DNA of 63,847 nt, the filler included, from Octopus bimaculoides (taxonomy: Eukaryota): the NCBI RefSeq assembly GCF_001194135.2. It is 9 parts of 9 records of this genome, joined end to end, with 100 filler letters (N's around TTAATTAATTAA, not from the genome) between each part and the next. Parts side by side here need not be neighbours in the genome. Positions count along the whole stretch, not along the records: positions 47,641 to 59,240 come from NW_026335232.1; positions 59,341 to 61,071 come from NW_026335382.1; positions 61,172 to 62,574 come from NW_026375730.1; positions 62,675 to 63,847 come from NW_026325864.1; 5 more parts are not named here. One strand, written 5' to 3'. A program made the position numbers and the translations under genes. The notes beneath the pieces were generated by a model, which saw nothing but the letters and a program-made list of their open reading frames with translations, was not told where the DNA came from and did no database searches. Shown here one piece after another: positions 50,764 to 63,847 of the stretch (positions are counted from its first letter, which is position 1; the number at the start of each line of letters is the position of its first letter).

Positions 50764-51315
50764 TTAAAATGGGATGCCAGTTTTATTTTCATTTTTGCGT
50801 AATATAGACGACAGTTTATTCATATATATATATTACTCTTTTACTCTTTTACTTGTTTCAGTCTTTTGACTGTGGCCATGCTGGAGCACCGCCTTTAGTC
50901 GAGCAAATCGACCCCAGGACTTATTCTTTAGAAGCCTAGTACTTATTCTATCGGTCTCTATTGCCGAACCGCTAAGTTACGGGGACATAAACACACTAGC
51001 ATCGGTTATCAAGCGATGTTGGGGGGACAAACACGGACACACAAACACATACACACATACATATATATATATATACATATATACGACGGGCTTCTTTCAG
51101 TTTCCGTCTACCAAATCCACTCACAAGGCTTTGGTCGACCCGAGGCTATAGTAGAAGACACTTACCCAAGATGCCACGCAGTGGGACGGAACCCGGGACC
51201 ATGTGGTTGGTAAGCAAGCTACTTACCACACAGCCACTCCTACGCCTACATATATATGAATAAACTGTCGTCTAAATTACGCAAAAATGAAAATAAAACT
51301 GGCATCCCATTTTAA
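50764..51315. repeat. 65-bp inverted repeat arms flanking the SINE (50764-50828 / 51251-51315)
   Basis: Arms are reverse complements with 1 mismatch. Confidence 0.92.
50833..51247 (-). mobile_element. Dominant tRNA-derived SINE, full-length young copy
   Basis: Complete head (AGGCGTAGGAGTGGCTGTGTGGTAAG...GGGTTCCGTCCCACTGCG), body, microsatellite and (AAAGAGT)n tail. Further partial copies lie at about 29790-29915, 50612-50740, 56045-56165, 58225-58400 and 61152-61325. Confidence 0.92.
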
Positions 51316-51869
51316 CAGATATATTTGCCAAAATTACATTAAAATATCTTGAAATACTAAAGAGTAAATTTATTCAATAAAATCGCCATTGGCAACAAGC
51401 ACGGGCGCCAAACGACTTTGGAATCTCCTGTAACTCTTCGGATCGGTCTCCTTGTTTAAGTTGGTGAATGCTGCCATAATCTTTGCCTTCGGTTCGTCTT
51501 TGGTGTCACAAGGAGTTTTGTTAGTCCTGCAGAGCGAAATGCGTCATAGTGCTGTTTTTCTCACAGATGGTTCCCAACTGACCCTACTACACTGTGTAGT
51601 CGACAAAATCAAAAAGAAACCATGTGCATGCATGAAATAAAAAATATAAAATGGCGATCGTATATAAATATATATATACGTGTATATATATATATATACG
51701 TGTATATATATATATATGGGAGAATATACAAATAATAACATATATATATACGTGTATATATCCTTTCACACACACTCACATACATATATGTCTCCATTAT
51801 CCAATCGGTTTTATTCAGTAATGAATTGGAATCTTGAAACGTGACAAATAAATATTGGTTTGATCGATT

Positions 51870-51965
<96 letters not shown>

Positions 51966-52796
51966 CGAGCGACGAGAGAGGGAGAAAGGGAGAGAGTGTG
52001 AAAGAAGGAGAAACGTAGAGGAAGAAGAAGACGAATAGGAAAGAAGTGGAAGAAGACAGGGAAGAAAATGTATAAGAAAGAAAAGAAGGAAGATTAAGTG
52101 AAAGTTGAAGGAGGAGAAGGAAGAGGAGACGGAGGAAAATGTAAGAGGAGCAATAAAAGAAGAAGAAGAAGAAGAAGAAGAGGAAGAGAAAAAATTGTAA
52201 GAAACGAAGATGAAGAAGAAGAAAAGGGAAGGAAAAGAATAAGAAATGGAAAAAGAAAGAAGAAGAAGAAGAAGAAGATAATAAAGAAGGAGTGAAAATG
52301 AAAAAACAAGATGAAGGATTGTCGGCCAATCAGGTGGAGTGATTGCTTATGCGGTTAATGAAGCTAATAGAACGACGCATCAAGTGAAAACCATTGATTT
52401 CTTTTGTTCAGGTTCAAATCCATTCCAGGTCCTGGGTTTGTTTGGGGTTGGCCAGGTTTACCTTTTTAAATATTCATTTTTTTTTTTACTTTAAAAAAAA
52501 TTCATTTTAATTGTTTTAGGAGTTTAGTTTTTTTGTTTTGTTTTGTTTTGTTTTCACAAATTTATTTTCTGGGATAATTATTATTTTTGTTTTGTTTTTA
52601 ATTTGGTATTAGTTTGTGTGAGAGATTTAATGGAGAAGCAGCGGTGGGGGTGGGGCTGAAGGTAGTGTGGCCATATTGCTGTTGACAACGTGCGCCATCT
52701 AACGGTGACATGACGTGAGTTTTCCTCCCTTGTGTCTTTCGTTTGCTGTCGGTCGACCTGGCCGTCTATGTGATCGTTTGCACCCCTGTATGTTTG

Positions 52797-52831
<35 letters not shown>

Positions 52832-52939
52832 NNNNNNNNNNNNNNNNNNNNNNNNNNNNNNNNNNNNNNNNATATGTATGTATATATGTATGTATGAGTA
52901 CGATTGTGCATATATACATATATATATATGTTATATATG

Positions 52940-52979
<40 letters not shown>

Positions 52980-54090
52980 AATGGATGTCATATAACCATT
53001 CCGCACATACACCAGCCATACCAACAATCCAATACACCTCTATCATCAGCTTCTCTCATTATATGAACACACACACATATATATGTTTATATATGTTTAT
53101 CTACGTATACACACACTTATACGTGCATATACCCAAGTGTATGTCTCTATCTATCTATCTATACTTTTATATACACACGTACACACACACCCGCACACAA
53201 ACACACACACACACGTACATATGTACATTTGGAAATGACAAAACACGATTGTCTCCTCCAAAGAAAAAAAAATGTACCGAACTAAAACGAAGTCTTTTAA
53301 AACGAAAACTCACATAAACACGAGCATACACAAACACAGACATACCCACACCCNNNNNNNNNNNNNNNNNNNNNNNNNNNNNNNNNNNNNNNNNNNNNNN
53401 NNNNNNNNNNNNNNNNNNNNNNNNNNNNNNNNNNNNNNNNNNNNNNNNNNNNNNNNNNNNNNNNNNNNNNNNNNNNNNNNNNNNNNNNNNNNNNNNNNNN
53501 NNNNNNNNNNNNNNNNNNNNNNNNNNNNNNNNCTCATTGATATAAACACACACACACCCCTATGAAGATACGAACAAAAATCCACAAAACTACACACGCA
53601 ATCACACACACACATATATATACGTGAAAAAACCCCTTAAACAAACCAAGCTAAAACGCACCAAAATCTTTAATCAATTAATCACGTGACTCACAAATCG
53701 ATCTAATTTTGATTGCTTTCTCTCTTATTGTAAGTGCTGCCAGTGTCATCGTCGTTGTTATTGTTATTATTGTTATTATTATTATTAGTATATGCATGTA
53801 GGTTTGTGTCGTGCGTTTAGTTGTAGTCTGGCAATTATTGATGTTGCTGTTGTTGTGGTTGTTTTTGTAGGTTGTTGTAATCAACTGGAGATGAAGATTG
53901 ATGTATGTATTGCAGCTTTTTTTTTTGTGTGTTTTGTTTTTGTTTTAAATTGATGTTGTTGTTGTTGTTGTTGTTGTTTATTTGGTTTGCGCCAGAAACA
54001 AAAGATTAAATTGACTGGACTAAAACAAATAGTTTTGCTGTTGTTCTCGTTGTTGTTGTCATCGTTGGGAAGAATGAGTATACGGCATGA

Positions 54091-54123
<33 letters not shown>

Positions 54124-54139
54124 GTAATAATAATAATGC

Positions 54140-54171
<32 letters not shown>

Positions 54172-54569
54172 GTAAAAATGCTAATAATAATAATAATAGT
54201 AAAAATGCTAATAATAATAATAATAATAAAAATGCTAATAATAATAATAATAATGATAATAGTATTGTTGTCTTTATTGGCCACAAGGACCGAACACAAA
54301 ACACATAGGGACAGTACAACACAAGGGACGAGAGGAGTTTAATACAAAGTTGTATGAGAAAAATACAATTAACAATAACAATAATAAAATTACCCCTAAA
54401 AGAGGGGAGTTTATTTCAGGGACAACCGAGTAAGCCCCACACATCCTGGTTATTCCGACTACCAGGTGTACCTCAACAGGCGCCTCTCTCCTTCACAACT
54501 CCTGCGGTTTACAAGCGAATGCCCAGAGGCATCAGTTATACCACAGGTTTTCATACGCTTAGCTTTTTC

Positions 54570-54725
54570 TGTGGTTGTTTCTAGCACGTCTAATTTTGGG
54601 ATTTGTTGTATTTGGAATTCGCTTAGATATTCCTTTGCCTGTTTTGTTACTGAGTATGGCGCTTTCTTGTTTTCATGTTTTGAGACAAGTTTTAACATCC
54701 AGTTATCAGAGTTTTTCAGGTAGAT
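54570..54725 (-). mobile_element. RLE-type (R4/Dong-like) LINE post-RT fragment
   Basis: YLKNSDNWMLKLVSKHENKKAPYSVTKQAKEYLSEF...TTTEKAKRMK resembles the recalled YL....DWML.LV..HE..K..YS..K.A.KY motif. By-eye match only. Confidence 0.4.
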
Positions 54726-55636
54726 GCTTTTTTAAGGCGATGCTCCAGTAGGGCTGCAGTCGAATGACTGCAGCACGTAAGAGAATTTAAAAAACAATAT
54801 AAAAATATTATAAACACATCTATAAATAAATATGCATATATATANNNNNNNNNNNNNNNNNNNNNNNNNNNNNNNNNNNNNNNNNNNNNNNNNNNNNNNN
54901 NNNNNNNNNNNNNNNNNNNNNNNNNNNNNNNNNNNNNNNNNNNNNNNNNNNNNNNNNNNNNNNNNNNNNNNNNNNNNNNNNNNNNNNNNNNNNNNNNNNN
55001 NNNNNNNNNNNNNNNNNNNNNNNNNNNNNNNNNNNNNNNNNNNNNNNNNNNNNNNNNNNNNNNNNNNNNNNNNNNNNNNNNNNNNNNNNNNNNNNNNNNN
55101 NNNNNNNNNNNNNNNNNNNNNNNNNNNNNNNNNNNNNNNNNNNNNNNNNNNNNNNNNNNNNNNNNNNNNNNNNNNNNNNNNNNNNNNNNNNNNNNNNNNN
55201 NNNNNNNNNNNNNNNNNNNNNNNNNNNNNNNNCACATATATATACACACACACGCACAAGCGCATACGTATAGACGTGCACATACACAAACACATACATA
55301 GCAACATCTACAAAAACATCCGCTAGACACCTTACCGAATAATTTTGCTTCTAATAAATCTAATTTAAGTACAAAAGAATACCGACAGCTTAACATCCCC
55401 CCTGGGGCGATGAAATATCAGCCTCATTGATAATTTAGAGTTTGCTAGCGACCATCTTCGCTATATAGGTTATGGCCGACGGCCAATGCACTCCCTAACT
55501 CTCATCTTGTTTCAATGGCGGCTGGTCTTGCTTGGGGCGAACTAGCGTTCATATGATGTAGGTAATGAAAGCTATTTGTGGTTCTTGGACGTTTTCTGAA
55601 TTAGTAGGATAGATATGTTTGCGTGCGCGCGTGCTC

Positions 55637-55670
<34 letters not shown>

Positions 55671-55833
55671 CTATATGCATGTATCTTTCTCTCTGTTTAT
55701 ATTTATATATAGATTGATAGAGAGCTAGATAAACATATAGGTAAAACTATATCTATAAATGAACATATATAGATATATATATGCACACACATATATATAT
55801 ACACACATATATATATACACACACACCCATATG

Positions 55834-55893
<60 letters not shown>

Positions 55894-55988
55894 CATATAT
55901 GTATATAGGTACAGGTATATATAGATGTATAAAAATTTGTATTTATATATATATTAATATAAATGTGTATAGACATCTATGTATACAT

Positions 55989-56028
<40 letters not shown>

Positions 56029-56710
56029 TAATTTTATATACACATACTCGCAAGGTTTCACTCGGTCCGAGGCTATAGCAGAAGACACTTCCCTTAGATG
56101 CCACGCTGTGGGACTGAACCCGGAACCATGTGGTCGGGAAGTAAGCTACTTACCCCACAGCCACACTAATTTAGAAATTTTTTTTTTGAATATATATGCA
56201 TTTCTAGTTTGGCATAAAATTACAGAATCTTAAAGAATTCAATAAGCGAATGCCAGAACAGCAATTATATTCCCAAAGAAATAAAAGCATTAGCAAATTA
56301 ATCTACAATATGTTATGAGGGTNNNNNNNNNNNNNNNNNNNNNNNNNNNNNNNNNNNNNNNNNNNNNNNNNNNNNNNNNNNNNNNNNNNNNNNNNNNNNN
56401 NNNNNNNNNNNNNNNNNNNNNNNNNNNNNNNNNNNNNNNNNNNNNNNNNNNNNNNNNNNNNNNNNNNNNNNNNNNNNNNNNNNNNNNNNNNNNNNNNNNN
56501 NNNNNNNNNNNNNNNNNNNNNNNNNNNNNNNNNNNNNNNNNNNNNNNNNNNNNNNNNNNNNNNNNNNNNNNNNNNNNNNNNNNNNNNNNNNNNNNNNNNN
56601 NNNNNNNNNNNNNNNNNNNNNNNNNNNNNNNNNNNNNNNNNNNNNNNNNNNNNNNNNNNNNNNNNNNNNNNNNNNNNNNNNNNNNNNNNNNNNNNNNNTA
56701 TATATATATA

Positions 56711-56749
<39 letters not shown>

Positions 56750-56906
56750 GCATATATATACTGATATATAGATATGTATGTTCTCAGTGGGCGTGTGTGT
56801 GTATGTGTGTGTGAGTGTGTGCGTGTATAATTGTTTCAAAGATAAGCAAAGGGATAGTCGCAAACCTGCACATACATACATAAACACATACATATTTATA
56901 TGTATG

Positions 56907-56937
<31 letters not shown>

Positions 56938-57324
56938 TTGCATATGGATATAGTTATAAATGTGGACATATCACGCATGTACATAATATCTCTCTATTTA
57001 TCTCTCTCACTCTCCGTCACTTTCTCTCTCTATATATATATGCACACACACACATTCACACACATATATATATATATATATATACTACTTCACTGATACA
57101 CACACATATATATATATATATATATATGTGCTTGTGTGTATGTGCGTGTGTGTGCATGCATGTATATATATATATATATATNNNNNNNNNNNNNNNNNNN
57201 NNNNNNNNNNNNNNNNNNNNNNNNNNNNNNNNNNNNNNATATGTATTTATATTTACATGGATATACATATATACATATACACACGCACATATATATATAT
57301 ATATATATATACATTTCATTATAT

Positions 57325-57395
<71 letters not shown>

Positions 57396-57976
57396 TCCAT
57401 ATACGGCCTTCCACTCGTAGCATTTTACGGATGATTATACAGATATATGTTGCAGTTAATTTGATAGGCAAAATAATGAACTTCCGGTGACCAGCTGTGG
57501 CTATCCAAAGGGGCAGTTCGTTTCCGGTTCCGCCCCGCTGGTTAAGGGGAACCTCTCTGCGGTATATCGCCATTGTCTATCGGCACCTTAGCTTTTGTTT
57601 AATAGGGGCCCACTTCACAGCTCGCCCTCTCGGGTGTTCTTTGACTCCGGGAGCTCTTATTAGTGGTTCTTCGCTGTGTTGGCAAGAGAGGGGAGGAGAT
57701 GGAGAGAAGAAGAGTGGGGAGAAGAAGGAGAAAAGAAGAGCGAAGGAAGAAGCGGAAGGAGAATGGGAATTGTATGTGTGTAATTATAATGATATGCATA
57801 GGAGTTACAAAATAGATGTAGAAACAAATAGAAGCCGTCAGACAAGAAATGAATATATATTGCTCTATCTGTCTTTCTGTCTAGATCTGCCATTTCTCAA
57901 TCTCGTGCTGTCTGACTATTTGCCTATCTGTCTGTCTCTCTTTCCCCTCTCACTCTTACTCTCCCTACATATATAT

Positions 57977-58019
<43 letters not shown>

Positions 58020-59186
58020 CACATATATACATATATGTACGTATATATATACATATATATACGTATATATATGCATGTATCTGTATGTATGTACATACCT
58101 ATTACATTACGTCATCTGACGCCATTTTGCATAACCTCTGTCTCTGTATTTATTTATTTATTTATATATATATATATTGAGAGAGAAAGAGAGAAAGAAA
58201 GAATAAGATAGACAAATATATAAAGTGTGTGTGTGTGTGTCTTTCGTCTGTGTTTTTCCCCGATCACCATTTGGCAACGGTTGTTGGTGTGTTTTCCTCC
58301 CCGTAACATGGCGGTTCCTCAAAAGCAACCGATGGAATAAACATCAGGCTTGAAAAACAAAAAATAAGTAATGGCGTCTATTTGTTCGACTACAGTTTCC
58401 TCAAGGTGCTCTGTATATTGTGTTTCGTTTTCAATTATCACTCTTCTGTCTATTTTTCATCTTCAATCTTTTGTCTGGTATATTACGTACTCCATTTCCA
58501 ATCATCACTCACGTCTTTCACCTTCCTTCTTCAATTTTCCATCTTGAGTTTTTTATCGTCAGTCTTTTCGTCTTCAATCATCTGTCTTTTGCATTCTATC
58601 TTCCATCACGACAATTCCATCGCGTCTCCGTCGACCCATCACCCACAAAACCAGCAGCAAATCTACACCCCCGCTCGCTATCCCTTCCCCTCGCACTCTG
58701 TCACCGCTACCAAAATATCGACCCCTAAAAAAAAAGAAAAAGGGGGCGAAACGCATCAATAATTAAACGGCTGACAGTTATGTGATCAACTTCTTAAATA
58801 GGTAGGGTACAAACGGAAGTGGGGTTAGTCACGTGATCTAAACAATTAAGGCGATTGCGTGAGTAACAGGAGTAAGTAAAGACAAGGGTGGATTGAAAGG
58901 AGATACCCCGATACCCGGCTTACGACACAAATCACTACGTGTCTTTATGTATGTATATATATTTCTATATATGTGTGTGTGTGTGTGTGTATAGATCAGT
59001 ACAGATTTACATATATATATATCAGTATATGGATGTATACACAATGTACGAGTACAAGTGAGCGTGTATAAATACACCTGTCAAAGTGATATACGGGTGC
59101 TGCTTCCTCCCTAGATAAGGGTGGCTTAGTGAAACCCGCAATTAATAACATGTAAACTAGTACCAGTTAAACGGGGAATTTGCAGG

Positions 59187-59240
<54 letters not shown>

Positions 59241-59900
59241 NNNNNNNNNNNNNNNNNNNNNNNNNNNNNNNNNNNNNNNNNNNNTTAATTAATTAANNNN
59301 NNNNNNNNNNNNNNNNNNNNNNNNNNNNNNNNNNNNNNNNTATATATATATACGATATATACGATACATAATGCACATATACATGTATGTATATATGTAT
59401 GTATGTATTATGTGAGCCTGTTTACAACGTATATATATACGTGAACGTGGAAGAGATGACAGGGGAATGTTGCCTTGCAATTTTTAGGATGCTGTTATTC
59501 CAATTTTACATTTCATTTTCCAGTTTTTCTGCTTTTTTATGTTGTTTATTCTTTTATTTTTTTTATTAACTTAAACCTATTTCAAAACACACGAACGTTT
59601 ATACCTTTTTGCTATGATTTCCCTACAGAATATTAAAAAATAACATTACAAACACAAAATTCTCTTGGAAAATATAACTAATTCATTGAGGATGAATGTA
59701 TTTTATGGAAAGGTACGCTTGTGAACTTAAAAATTATCTACTCTTGAAAATGTCAGCAAAATTTCGTGAAAAACTTTTGAAATTATTTCATTATCCACAA
59801 AGAGAATACGGAATGTTTATACATACATCTGTGTGAATATGTATGTGTGTTTGTAAGTGTGTATACACACACACACACACACACTCATATGTATGTGTGC

Positions 59901-59945
<45 letters not shown>

Positions 59946-59964
59946 TATATGAGCTTATATAAGC

Positions 59965-60021
<57 letters not shown>

Positions 60022-60294
60022 NNNNNNNNNNNNNNNNNNNNNNNNNNNNNNNNNNNNNNNNNNNNNNNNNNNNNNNNNNNNNNNNNNNNNNNNNNNNNNN
60101 NNNNNNNNNNNNNNNNNNNNNNNNNNNNNNNNNNNNNNNNNNNNNNNNNNTATATATAATATATATATATATATATATAATATATATACATATATGTATG
60201 TATACGATATATGCACACATACATACATGAATATATGCATGCATATGAAGACGCATGTGTATGCGTATATGTGTGTACATATGCACCTACATGC

Positions 60295-60345
<51 letters not shown>

Positions 60346-60784
60346 TGCGTATGTACACATACATACACACACATACTAAGCGATATATCTTGTCGTTATA
60401 CGTGTATGCTTGTATTTGTTAGTGGATTAATGTTGACGTTTTTTTACTGTTATGTTTCGTCACGTCCACATCCTTCATATTCTTCCTTTCGTTCGTTAAA
60501 CTACAATATCTCACGTCATCAAAAATTGATATGCACTGAAGCTCGCAATTTCATGAAGCTAAATAAAGAAATGTAGATCTTTTAGGAGGCATATCTATTT
60601 GTATACTGACAGAGTTCAGATTTTCGTGCAATCAAAAGAGTTAACAGTTTCAAATTTAACATCTTTGAATAATATATAATTTATGATCATTTAGCTTCTC
60701 TGTAATAAAGACATCACGTACTTTCCAGATTTCTTATCAGATATTATCACCTCCAGGTTTGAATCTCACTATTTAGGCATATGT

Positions 60785-60826
<42 letters not shown>

Positions 60827-60842
60827 CATAAATATGTATATT

Positions 60843-60987
<145 letters not shown>

Positions 60988-61032
60988 GTATGTATGTATG
61001 ATACTTACAGAGAAGCATATGCATGTATATGT

Positions 61033-61071
<39 letters not shown>

Positions 61072-61973
61072 NNNNNNNNNNNNNNNNNNNNNNNNNNNNN
61101 NNNNNNNNNNNNNNNTTAATTAATTAANNNNNNNNNNNNNNNNNNNNNNNNNNNNNNNNNNNNNNNNNNNNCAATGCTGGTGTGTTTACATCCCCGTAAC
61201 TTAGCGGTTCAGCAAGAGAGACTGATAGAATAAGTATTAGGCTTACAAAGCATAAGTCCTGGGGTTGATTTGCTCGACTAAAGGTGGTGCTCCAGCATGG
61301 CCACCGTCAAATGACTGAAACAAATAAAAATATATATATATATAAATATATAAAGTGAGGACAGAAATTCTTCAAAGGGATGTCAAACATTCAAGTCCAC
61401 TGGTACAATCCAAGCAAAGAATATAGAAAATATATATATATCCAGTAGTTACAAAATCAATATATAAAATATAAGGAAAGGAAAAAATATATATAGGTGT
61501 AGATGATCTTTAGTTCAAATCCAAGTTGGTACAAATCCAATATAAATTCTACAAATTGTTTTGGAGTCTAATTAATTCTAAAGATAAAGATGAAAAACTC
61601 TTCTTGAAATAAAAACAAGATACTTTGTCAGGAATTACATATGTTTATATATATATATTCATAAATCTCAGGGTAGCAAAAAAATTTTAGAAATTTTATT
61701 TGCTACCAGTATGTAGTGTCTCGTGTTTATATATTAATCTTGGCTTTTCCGCTGATGATAGCTGTCCTTGCAAAATATTATTTTATTTTGCTAAAAGTAG
61801 CTTGAAACCATTGGTTCGGAAAATAGATGGTAAATGTTTTTATTTTTCATTCCCTTTCGAAATTATCCCTAATTGTGGTTTGGAGTTTTGACTGCTCCTT
61901 CTAGTCGGTTAGATGTCCTATTATGGACATCTCTCTGATGTGTTTAAATGTACACTGTATTTATATATATATA

Positions 61974-61995
61974 TATTGAAAAAAATGGAGGAGCT

Positions 61996-62035
<40 letters not shown>

Positions 62036-62057
62036 AGCTCCTCCATTTTTTTCAATA
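61974..62057. repeat. Perfect 84-bp palindrome centred on (TA)18
   Basis: Arms TATTGAAAAAAATGGAGGAGCTTG (61974-61997) and CAAGCTCCTCCATTTTTTTCAATA (62034-62057). Confidence 0.95.
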
Positions 62058-62730
62058 AGACCTATAAATTAATATACATATATAAATTTAAGTCACAATA
62101 TATGGATTCAAGTAATCCAGTAGTACTCATAAAAAAGTTCTTTAATGTATGATTCTACAAAACATATAGAATATATAGTATGATAAGAGAGAAAATTATA
62201 AGGAGTGTATAAAATAATAAATGATGAAATTTTAGTTAAAAAAAAGAAAAAAATTCTAATATTATGACAAATTAGTTTGTAACTTAGGACATAGCTTTAA
62301 TTCTGCATTATTTTAAAGAACTTTTTTTGGCATCTTGCATTAATGCAGGAATGTAAGTAATTCATTTATTATTAAATGTAACAATACATATATTATTTAC
62401 ATGTTTTTAAGTTACGAAACAATTTGCCATGATATTAAAATTTTCTTATTGTTAATTAAGACTTCATCAAACTATTTCTCTGTCATTTATGACTTTATAC
62501 TTATATATATACTAGCAGTATAAGCCGACCTTGTGCGGGTGTGACTTATTATGCCATCTACGATAAGTCTTGCTNNNNNNNNNNNNNNNNNNNNNNNNNN
62601 NNNNNNNNNNNNNNNNNNTTAATTAATTAANNNNNNNNNNNNNNNNNNNNNNNNNNNNNNNNNNNNNNNNNNNNTAAGCAAGCTACTTACCACACAGCCA
62701 CTCCTACACCTATATATATATAAATTTTCA

Positions 62731-63338
62731 GGACCATCAACAAAGCTATACTTATGTGAAAGAGCAATACTTGTATCAAAAAATATCACTGTCAATGGCA
62801 TAAGCAATATGCTTTTGGATTCTATTTTGGGAATTACAAAGATTTATAAATCTGTAGATTCAATCCCAAACTTTGCAGAGGTTGTCAACTACCTGGTTGA
62901 ATTCTTAAGTTTATTAAAATCTTTTGGGCTTCCACCATACACTTTTGTTAAAGTAAGAGTCCTCATAATGATACTTTGGCTGTGTAATGTTACTAGGCTG
63001 ACGGCAAAAATCAATGCCTCATATTATTCAGGTCACTATTTTAACAGATTATTTCATGGGGGGAAGATGTTTTTATGTCCAGAAAACCCTTGATATCTGA
63101 CACAGAAATAACTTCTGTATTGAAAAGGCTGTAGTTTCTTGTAAAACTCTTGTTTCATCATGTCTATAAATAAATCCCAAGGACAAACTTTATCTATTGT
63201 TGGGCTACAATTTGAAGAACATCATTCCTCAAAAGGGCAACTGTATGTGCATGGACAAGAGTTGGAAGCCCATGCCATCTATTTGTTTGTGCTCCTTGTA
63301 GCGAAACACATAACATTGTTTATAAGGATTTACAATAA
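62731..63338 (+). mobile_element. Helitron PIF1-like helicase C-terminus, pseudogene
   Basis: LCERAILVSKNITVN; VNYLVEFLSLLKSFGLPP; LCNVTRL; LKRL*F; MSINKSQGQTLSIVGL; GQLYV; THNIVYKDLQ*. These are the SF1B helicase motifs typical of Helitron RepHel. Frameshifted. Confidence 0.9.
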
Positions 63339-63662
63339 ATAGTAAATAAAAGGAAGAACTAACACAATTAAAGGGTGAAGTGATGATGATGAAAAATAGG
63401 AAACTTACAAATGAAATATAAATTTGTAAATAGTATGGCAAATTAATGCTACACACACACGCATGCACACACACACACACACACACAGAAACATCCATAC
63501 ACACACATACCCACCCACCCACACACACATGCTTTGCTTTTAAGCAATGAGTCATATATTTCTATTTGTGCCACCTAATCTCTCTCTTTCTCTCTGTGTG
63601 TCTGTCTCTCTCTGTGTCTGTCTCTCTCTGTGTCTGTCTCTCTCTGTGTCTGTCTCTCTCTG

Positions 63663-63695
<33 letters not shown>

Positions 63696-63847
63696 GTCTG
63701 TCTGTCTCTCTGTCTGTCTGTGTCTCTCTCTCTCTCTCTCACTCTCTCTGTATTAACAACACATGTTTGTATACACACACACACACATACACATATAATA
63801 TATATATATATTGCGGAGATGTACTTGCATAGCAAGTGACCTGATCT

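Noticed and set aside
54087-54260. (AAT)n with recurring AGTAAAAATGCT interruptions, giving poly-Asn/Ile/Leu ORFs
   Set aside because: It is a microsatellite with a short higher-order duplication, and the ORFs are artefacts.

Overview
Eukaryotic genomic DNA from a gapped draft assembly. It is very AT- and microsatellite-rich and carries a SINE repertoire I recognise as octopus-like (coleoid cephalopod); the taxon is an inference. I cannot support any intact host protein-coding gene. Nearly all ORFs in the track are microsatellite or N-gap artefacts. The window is a graveyard of mobile elements: RTE-clade LINEs, RLE-type LINE relics, two Penelope-like element (PLE) fossils, Tc1 and mariner transposons, hAT-type MITEs, a piggyBac fragment, Helitron fragments, a Helentron/HINE-like element and many tRNA-derived SINEs. 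The most interesting signal is non-coding: two minimal type I hammerhead ribozyme motifs with palindromic stem III. One sits in a tRNA-headed SINE with a 5'-inverted architecture and a 12-bp TSD (4529-4876). The other sits in a 327-bp unit with a partial tandem repeat that resembles a retrozyme (8772-9171). A PLE fragment with the same 5'-inverted architecture lies beside a second, deleted copy of the ribozyme-bearing tail. Together these suggest a PLE-driven family of ribozyme-carrying non-autonomous retroelements (inference). Several near-perfect palindromes and inverted repeats are also present. Eight TTAATTAATTAA 12-mers inside N runs are assembly linkers.
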